A stretch of DNA of 64,000 nt, taken from the NCBI GenBank assembly GCA_963612725.1, contig CAVDWM010000005.1:16363-80362 (forward strand). The letters are read 5' to 3'. This stretch comes from Faecalibacterium prausnitzii. GTDB lineage: Bacteria; Bacillota; Clostridia; Oscillospirales; Acutalibacteraceae. Below are positions 58,172 through 64,000 of this stretch, one piece after another. The notes under the pieces were generated by a model. The model had not been told where the DNA came from. It did not search any database and was given only the letters and a program-made list of their open reading frames with translations. Made by a program: the position numbers and the translations under genes. Position 1 is the stretch's first letter. Each line of letters starts with the position of its first letter.

Positions 58172-59131
58172 TTAATATATCTTTATCCGCCTATAAGCGA
58201 TATACTCGCGGTCGTATGTGTAGGTTATGTGCAGTACCCCGTCTCGCTCGGTTATCGCGGGATAGGAGAACTCGCCGCCCTCCCTGTCCTCAAGGCGCAT
58301 GAGCAATTTGAATGTCTCGCCGCCGTCCTCGGAGACGAGCAAGTCGAGCGGCGAACGACCGCCCCAGTTCTTCTTGACCGGATTGCAGACGAGATATATC
58401 TTCCCGTTCCCCGCGAGCACAAGGTCGATGCCGCTGTTGTTGTTCGGCATCTTCGTGCGGTAAGCCCGGCACCAGGTCTCGCCCTCGTCGGACGAATCGC
58501 TGCGGTATATCCTGCCGCGCGAGGTTCTCGTGAGCATATGCACATCGCCGTCCCCGCTCTGCCACAGGGTAGGCTGAATCATCGGAACATAAAAGCCCCT
58601 GAGCGACTTTGTCGGCACGGTGCGCATACGCTCCCATGTGCGGCAGTCGTCGTCCGAGATATCGGCAAAGCAGACCCAGAGCGTGTTCCTCTCGTCCGAG
58701 GCGGGAGCTATGACCCTGCCGCTTCCGAGCCTTATCGGCTTGTTCTTGACAGGTCCTCTGCCGCCGCCTATATCGCCCGGCACAAGCTCGGCGGGCTCGC
58801 TCCAATCGACGCCGTTATCCGAGAGCGAAAAATATGTTTTCCACATCGGTATTTTCTTGCCGACCTTGAAAAAGAGCATTATCCTCCCGTCCGCACGCTC
58901 AAAAAGCACCGGGTTCCAGTGCGGGATATTTCTGTCCGCGCTGACCCTGACCGGCTCGCTCCATCCGTTTTCGCTGCGCACGCTCGTCAAAATATCAACA
59001 TCGTCGGCGCTCTCCTTCGTGCCCGCGAACCACGCGGCAACGACTCTGCCGTCGTCTAATGGCAACACAGTAGAGGCGTGGCAACTCTCAGTCGGCTTGT
59101 TTTCAAATATAAATTCCTTCAAGTTTTCCAA
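58172..59131 (-). CDS. BNR/Asp-box repeat protein, sialidase-like (exo-alpha-sialidase family), cytoplasmic
   Basis: Four S-x-D-x-G-x-T-W Asp-boxes (SDNGVDWS, SDDDCRTW, SDEGETWC, SEDGGETF), 319 aa, no signal peptide. Confidence 0.6.
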   Translation of the reverse strand: MENLKEFIFENKPTESCHASTVLPLDDGRVVAAWFAGTKESADDVDILTSVRSENGWSEPVRVSADRNIPHWNPVLFERADGRIMLFFKVGKKIPMWKTYFSLSDNGVDWSEPAELVPGDIGGGRGPVKNKPIRLGSGRVIAPASDERNTLWVCFADISDDDCRTWERMRTVPTKSLRGFYVPMIQPTLWQSGDGDVHMLTRTSRGRIYRSDSSDEGETWCRAYRTKMPNNNSGIDLVLAGNGKIYLVCNPVKKNWGGRSPLDLLVSEDGGETFKLLMRLEDREGGEFSYPAITERDGVLHITYTYDREYIAYRRIKIY

Positions 59132-59295
59132 GACTTATCCCTTACTTTGCTGTTATTTTGCTATCATTATAGATTCCAGTGCCGCGAAAAGTCAACTTCG
59201 GAGCGCAAATTTTGACTTATTAGTTCAAACAATATATTTCGTACATCGAACTGCTTCCGCAAAATAGATTTATTTTTTAAATTTTCTTTCAAACA

Positions 59296-59324
59296 TTGAC
59301 AGTATTACCATTAAATGGTACAAT
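59296..59324 (+). promoter_or_regulatory. Promoter TTGACA, 17 nt, TACAAT upstream of the AbrB-family gene
   Basis: cattgacagtattaccattaaatggtacaattt is read directly. Confidence 0.5.
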
Positions 59325-59367
59325 TTAGTCGAAATAGGGTATAGGACAGATATAGGAGGTATTAGAA

Positions 59368-59631
59368 ATGGAGTCATTGGGTATCGTCAGGAAGATTGAC
59401 GAAACCGGACGCATCGTGCTTCCGAAGGATTTCAGGCGCAGGCTCGCGCTTGAGCCCAACGCGGACGCGGTGGAGCTTTTTGCGGACGGAGATCAGATAA
59501 TCATCCGCAAATATGCCGCACGCTGCATCTTCTGCGGCTCGTCCGACGACACGATCGAGTTTTCCGGCAAAAGGGTATGCAGAGACTGCTCTTCGAGACT
59601 GAGCGAGGTCGTCCGATTGCAGAGCAAATAG
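59368..59631 (+). CDS. AbrB/MazE/SpoVT-family DNA-binding protein with C-terminal Cys4 zinc ribbon
   Basis: N-terminus SLGIVRKIDETGRIVLPKDFRRRL (swapped-hairpin fold). C-terminus CIFCGS...CRDCSS. Confidence 0.7.
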   Translation: MESLGIVRKIDETGRIVLPKDFRRRLALEPNADAVELFADGDQIIIRKYAARCIFCGSSDDTIEFSGKRVCRDCSSRLSEVVRLQSK

Positions 59632-59681
59632 ATCAATAATGCAAATATAAAAATCCGCTGAATGTATTTTCGGCGGATTTT

Positions 59682-59912
59682 TTAATTTTGTTTAAAAAGG
59701 TCATCGTAGCTTACCGAAAGTATCTCTTTGAGCAGCTTTATCTCGTCAGGGTAAACATGCCGCTGCCCCACCTCGATTTTCGCAAGCGCACTGCGTGTGA
59801 TATCGCAGCCGCCGAGCTGAAGCTTAGCCGCCACCTGTTCCTGCGTCATGCCGCGAGCCTCGCGCGCTTTTCTTATATTGCCGCCAAACAGCTTCTCATA
59901 TTCCGGATTCAT
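59682..59912 (-). CDS. XRE-family helix-turn-helix transcriptional regulator
   Basis: IRKAREARGMTQEQVAAKLQLGGCDITRSALAKIEVGQR HTH_3 pattern, divergent from the AbrB-family gene. Confidence 0.6.
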   Translation of the reverse strand: MNPEYEKLFGGNIRKAREARGMTQEQVAAKLQLGGCDITRSALAKIEVGQRHVYPDEIKLLKEILSVSYDDLFKQN

Positions 59913-60080
59913 TTCACCACTCCACATATCCCTTTTGGCGAAAATATTTTCAAATCTATTGACATCATTCTATCAGCGTGATATATTTATTTTGCACCTA
60001 TATAGGTGCAAAACGCAGAAAGGAGGAGCATTCTGCCGCAACGAAACTTTGACGGCAGCCAATAAGTTTTGGTCAGAAAA

Positions 60081-61445
60081 ATGTATAAAAATAAGGGTTT
60101 TGAAGGAGGTAAGATCGCATTGTACTGTCCGGAATGCGGCAAAAGCAATCCCGAAGTAGCAAAGAACTGTCAATATTGCAACGCCGAACTCATAGAAACA
60201 ACGAGCAGCAGTTCCAAGCTGCCGGGCAACATCGAAAAGTATGCTCAAAAGGCAAAAAACGTTGACATTTCAAACATAAAATCTACCGTTAAAGATGTAG
60301 GTGCGCGTGCCAAAAAGAAGCGCAAAATTATTATTCCCGTATCGATTTTGGCAGTCGTTTTAATTGCTGCAATTTCCATCATCGGGTATATAAGCTCTCC
60401 TAAGCGGGTTGTTAATTCATATGTCAAAAATCTTATAGCCGGAGATTTTGACTCGCTTTATAACGACATAGCTCTGCCGGAAAGTGATTTTATTACAAAA
60501 GAGCAGTTTAAAAAAGCGATGGAAGAAAAAGGCTCATATATAGGCGGTCTGTCCGTAGCATCGAATTTCACTGTAGAAGAAGTGGATTCCACCGGCACTC
60601 AGGCTGACAAATATTTCAAAAACTACAACGTTGCATTTTTATCAAATGTAACCGGAACGGTAATAAACTCTTTTGAAGTCACCGCCACGAAGCAGGACAA
60701 GAACTTTCTTCTTTTCTTCCCTCGTTACAAGGTGGCTCTGGACGGGTTGGTATGTTCAAACATAACCGTCCAGCTTGACGCACCTTCCGGATGCAGTGTT
60801 GAAATTGATGGTATCGCCTTGAAAGATCCCACCATTCAGGACTCCGAAGATAAGGTCGCAATCTATACGGTTGATGCCATCTTCAGCGGCGAACATAAAA
60901 TCACGGTCACAGGTGATCTTATAAACGCTTTTGAGAAGGAAGTTAATATAAGTCGAAGTGATGATACGATAAATATAGGAGAATATGATTCGTTTTATCT
61001 GCGCAGCACCGCAGCAAACAACATTATCGACATTGCAGCCAGCGACCTTCAGTCTATGTACAATGCCGCCATTGCCGGAAAATCATTCAATGACAGCGGG
61101 GTGTCTTTGGCGAGCGGCAACCGCAACATCTCGGAAAAATATAACAACCTATCCTCATATGCAAAGAAGGACAACGGAGAGGGTCTGAAATCCATTACAT
61201 TTTCCAATTTCAGGGACAAGACCTTGGCTAATACTCCCGAAATAGAAATGTACAGCAACGATATTTGCCGCGTAAGACTCGTATATGATTATTCATATGT
61301 CAAAATCGAGGATAAGTACGACGGACTTGCCGAGATTTCTTCGCAAAACCACTCCTCCGACACATTCATGGAGTATGCATATGAAAATGGAAGCTGGAAG
61401 CTCAGGGACATGGACTATTACATGCCAAGCTATTATTACGACTAA
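60081..61445 (+). CDS. Zinc-ribbon + single-TM protein with a large extracytoplasmic domain, hypothetical
   Basis: N-terminal CPECG..CQYCN ribbon, a basic stretch, a TM helix (IIIPVSILAVVLIAAISIIGYI), then a domain of about 340 aa. Lower-GC region. Confidence 0.5.
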   Translation: MYKNKGFEGGKIALYCPECGKSNPEVAKNCQYCNAELIETTSSSSKLPGNIEKYAQKAKNVDISNIKSTVKDVGARAKKKRKIIIPVSILAVVLIAAISIIGYISSPKRVVNSYVKNLIAGDFDSLYNDIALPESDFITKEQFKKAMEEKGSYIGGLSVASNFTVEEVDSTGTQADKYFKNYNVAFLSNVTGTVINSFEVTATKQDKNFLLFFPRYKVALDGLVCSNITVQLDAPSGCSVEIDGIALKDPTIQDSEDKVAIYTVDAIFSGEHKITVTGDLINAFEKEVNISRSDDTINIGEYDSFYLRSTAANNIIDIAASDLQSMYNAAIAGKSFNDSGVSLASGNRNISEKYNNLSSYAKKDNGEGLKSITFSNFRDKTLANTPEIEMYSNDICRVRLVYDYSYVKIEDKYDGLAEISSQNHSSDTFMEYAYENGSWKLRDMDYYMPSYYYD

Positions 61446-61460
61446 AGGAGAATAAAGATT

Positions 61461-62417
61461 ATGGCAAAATTTTGCACCAAATGTGGAAAGCCGCTCGATG
61501 AATGCACCTGCGAAAAAAGCACCGTCGGCAATCCCTCTTTCTTCGCCTCATTAAAAAACAGGATGGGTATCGGAGAACCCGAAACTAACAATGCACCTTT
61601 ATATGAAAAGAATATGCAGATAGTTCCCGAAAACATATCCGCAAACGACGGCGAAATACCGATAAAGCAGTATAATGTCGCAACCCTCAGAAACCGTTTT
61701 CTCGGAATAACGATAAGCAAGGCAATCGGCAGACTGCAGATAACAAACAAGAGAGTAATTTTCAGGGCCGCAGGAAGATGCCTGCGCGGCAGGACAACCA
61801 TTCAGCAGGAATTTTCTATTGACGAAATAGCCGGCGCCGATGTCAGGAGAGAATACTCATTCACTTTCTGGGATATCCTTATCGGCATTATCATTTGGGC
61901 TGTCGGCGGATTTATCGGGCTTACCGCCTTGGGCATTTTCCCGCGATCCGGATCGAGCGGCGCAATTGCATTCTTCAACTTTTTGCTCGGCACCGCAGCA
62001 TTGCTTCCGTTCTTCCTGCTGCATCAGAAGTTCGGCATTAAGCTGCTCGCACTCGGAGCTTCATCCGGATTTTACCTCGCCCCGACCTCTGCCAATCCGT
62101 TCAGCCACTATGCAAGCGTTGACTTTTTCTTTTTCTTTGCCGCCATCAGTATCATTATCTCTCTGATCTGTCTGGTTATATTTGCAATAAAGCCAAATCT
62201 CGTTTTGACAATCAAAACGAAGTCATCGTCAGAGGCAATAGATATCCAGAAGAAAAACAGCGTTCTTCCCGGATTCGGTTCTTCAAAGGAGGAGCATACC
62301 GGATATGCAGAAGTTCTGCCTGCGGAGAATGTTGAGGTCGCAATCAAAGAGGTCTGCGCAATCATTTCCGACATTCAGCGGCTCGGCGATTTCGGAATAG
62401 AGAAGTGGAAAAGCTGA
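61461..62417 (+). CDS. Zinc-ribbon + polytopic membrane protein, hypothetical
   Basis: N-terminal CTKCG..CTCEK ribbon, then 4 TM helices. The ATG is 13 nt after the preceding stop. Confidence 0.5.
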   Translation: MAKFCTKCGKPLDECTCEKSTVGNPSFFASLKNRMGIGEPETNNAPLYEKNMQIVPENISANDGEIPIKQYNVATLRNRFLGITISKAIGRLQITNKRVIFRAAGRCLRGRTTIQQEFSIDEIAGADVRREYSFTFWDILIGIIIWAVGGFIGLTALGIFPRSGSSGAIAFFNFLLGTAALLPFFLLHQKFGIKLLALGASSGFYLAPTSANPFSHYASVDFFFFFAAISIIISLICLVIFAIKPNLVLTIKTKSSSEAIDIQKKNSVLPGFGSSKEEHTGYAEVLPAENVEVAIKEVCAIISDIQRLGDFGIEKWKS

Positions 62418-62517
62418 CAGTTCGTGACAAGTAAAAAATAAGGCTACGGATCTGCGGCACATATTTATGCAGTGCGGCGGATCCGTATTTCATATTGAAG
62501 CCATAACGAGGAGGTAT

Positions 62518-62847
62518 ATCATGTTGACTTTATCCGACGAGTATATTGAAAAATTAAAAAATAGGATTGCTGCTCCTGCTCCGGGAGACGACATTTTGAA
62601 CTATAGAGCTCTTCAATCTGTATTAAGGTTTGATTCGCGGCTTGAGGATACTGTAAAAGAATGGATCGACGGAAATGACAATGCGGATTATGTTCTTCAC
62701 GGAATACTCGGCATACAGGAAGTCATGTCCAGATTGGATTTTCCCTTTCTTACAGCGTGCGGTATTATCAGTGCCTGCATGGATTTAGATGCAGAAAAAA
62801 TCAAATATCGCAAAGAACACCTTGAAGATATTTATGCATTGGAATAA
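62518..62847 (+). CDS. Hypothetical small cytoplasmic protein (about 109 aa)
   Basis: GAGGAGG RBS 7 nt before the ATG (MLTLSDEYIEKL). Confidence 0.4.
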   Translation: MMLTLSDEYIEKLKNRIAAPAPGDDILNYRALQSVLRFDSRLEDTVKEWIDGNDNADYVLHGILGIQEVMSRLDFPFLTACGIISACMDLDAEKIKYRKEHLEDIYALE

Positions 62848-62858
62848 GGAGCAAAGAT

Positions 62859-64000
62859 ATGAATGAGATTCTTGCACCTTATGAACCGATAATAGGTGAA
62901 TCGGGAAATGTAAATATCAACAGAAGCAACTTTTGGGGAGCCTTTAATCAGGGAACATGGGAACAACTTTCATCAAATCAGCGAGTTGATGCGCTTCAGC
63001 AGCTTGAAAATTGGTCGGCGCGTCGGCTTGGCAGAGAACCGGTTCCCTTATCACCCGATCCCCAATTAGAAGGAACCTCAACCAACGGGGAATATCATCC
63101 AGGCAGCAAAAGCATTTCTATAAAACCGTCTCTCATAGAGCGTAATGACCCTTTTCAAGCAATGGCGACAACGCTTCATGAAGGCCGGCACGCCTATCAG
63201 CATCAGGTATCCAACGGACTCGAAACCTACAAAAACTTCGACCCGGTCGATGGCATGACGGCGAATCAAAACAGAGGGATTTGGAGCGCAAATATGCGCG
63301 CCGACGGTTATTATTCAAAAGAAAGAGGGCACACCTTCTCCCAATACAGATATCAGCCCATAGAAGCGGACGCAAACAACTATTCTGACAGAATAATGCA
63401 GGAGATGGGGCAGAGATACGGCAACAACGAGCACTATAACCAATGGATGCATGACAGGCTCAATAAAAATGCCGAAAACATGGCGGACGCCAGAAAAGAA
63501 TTTGGGCTCGGCAATAACGAAAGTCCCGAAGAATACATGAAGAACCAAGTCATCGAAGACATGGCCAAGCGTCTGGAAGCAAAAAAGGGTTTTGATAACG
63601 GCAAGGCATTTGACACCTTTAAAGAGAGTTCTCCACAAAGGGATGCTTTTATCAATTCACTGAAGGTGCCTCAAAATCAAGATGAGGTCAGAGAGTATAA
63701 TCGCAGCCACGGTATCCCGGATATTCCGTCCCAACGGCCTAAAGGCGGATTTGAAAGGGAACGCGGATCAAATGATCCTCGTTGGAACGAACCGGAAAAC
63801 GATGATCACGGTAAAGGAGAGACCCCAAAAGAGGACGAGCCCTCGGAGGGAAATGAAACCATCAAGGGCGATACCCTTTCTAAAGACGGCACATCCACCG
63901 AAAAGAGTGTGCCTTCCGAGGGCAATGAACAATCCAAGTTGAGCGAACCTTCCAAAGGGAATGAGCCCTCCGAAGAGAATGAACCCTCCGAAGAGAATGA
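62859..64000 (+). CDS. 3'-truncated HExxH-motif (zincin-like) protein with Ser/Glu/Pro-rich acidic repeat tail
   Basis: Manual translation is open to the window end. Contains ...MATTLHEGRHAYQHQ (HExxH). The C-terminus has EPSEGNE/EPSEENE repeats. AAGGAG RBS. Not in the ORF track because no stop falls in the window. Confidence 0.5.
   Translation, partial: MNEILAPYEPIIGESGNVNINRSNFWGAFNQGTWEQLSSNQRVDALQQLENWSARRLGREPVPLSPDPQLEGTSTNGEYHPGSKSISIKPSLIERNDPFQAMATTLHEGRHAYQHQVSNGLETYKNFDPVDGMTANQNRGIWSANMRADGYYSKERGHTFSQYRYQPIEADANNYSDRIMQEMGQRYGNNEHYNQWMHDRLNKNAENMADARKEFGLGNNESPEEYMKNQVIEDMAKRLEAKKGFDNGKAFDTFKESSPQRDAFINSLKVPQNQDEVREYNRSHGIPDIPSQRPKGGFERERGSNDPRWNEPENDDHGKGETPKEDEPSEGNETIKGDTLSKDGTSTEKSVPSEGNEQSKLSEPSKGNEPSEENEPSEEN

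Noticed and set aside
58118-59059. 313-aa plus-strand ORF
   Set aside because: Antisense to the BNR/sialidase-like gene, which has four Asp-boxes.

Overview
This 64-kb window looks like a high-GC (about 58-60%) Firmicutes/Clostridia chromosome, by codon usage and GGAGG ribosome-binding sites. The best-supported features are housekeeping genes. (1) serS on the minus strand, preceded by a recognisable T-box leader. (2) A tightly packed minus-strand nucleotide operon pyrG-purF-purC-carA-carB. (3) A plus-strand type III glutamine synthetase and asnB, the latter with a T-box-like leader whose specifier codon is AAC. (4) A plus-strand glycolytic block pgk-tpiA-gpmI. (5) A minus-strand tRNA-Arg(CCU) with a terminator. 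Accessory content includes a cell-envelope/polysaccharide-like start (beta-helix protein, GtrA, DltD-like protein, phosphoesterase), pnuC, an ECF S-component-like protein, a MATE pump, a marR-ABC-ABC efflux operon, a TetR, and a three-gene sensor module (SBP-fused atypical sensor, NarL-type HK, LuxR-type RR). It also includes a RelB/DinJ antitoxin paired with a Doc toxin broken by an in-frame TAG, and a lower-GC 3' end with divergent AbrB/XRE regulators, zinc-ribbon membrane proteins and a partial HExxH protein. The most unusual structure is a roughly 15-kb co-directional minus-strand island of about 18 genes (18.9-33.8 kb). It is dominated by zinc-ribbon/TM proteins, a YdjI-like SPFH protein, a DUF4428-like protein carrying a (GGYAQQPMQ)x8 tandem repeat, two DUF3592-like paralogs, a TPM-domain protein, an Ig-like surface protein, lipoproteins and two paralogous double-zinc-ribbon membrane proteins. 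It resembles Psp/Lia-associated envelope-stress accessory genes without a PspA, and I flag it as a candidate uncharacterised membrane-associated system. Coordinates read directly off the sequence lines may be off by 1-2 nt; CDS ends come from the ORF track.
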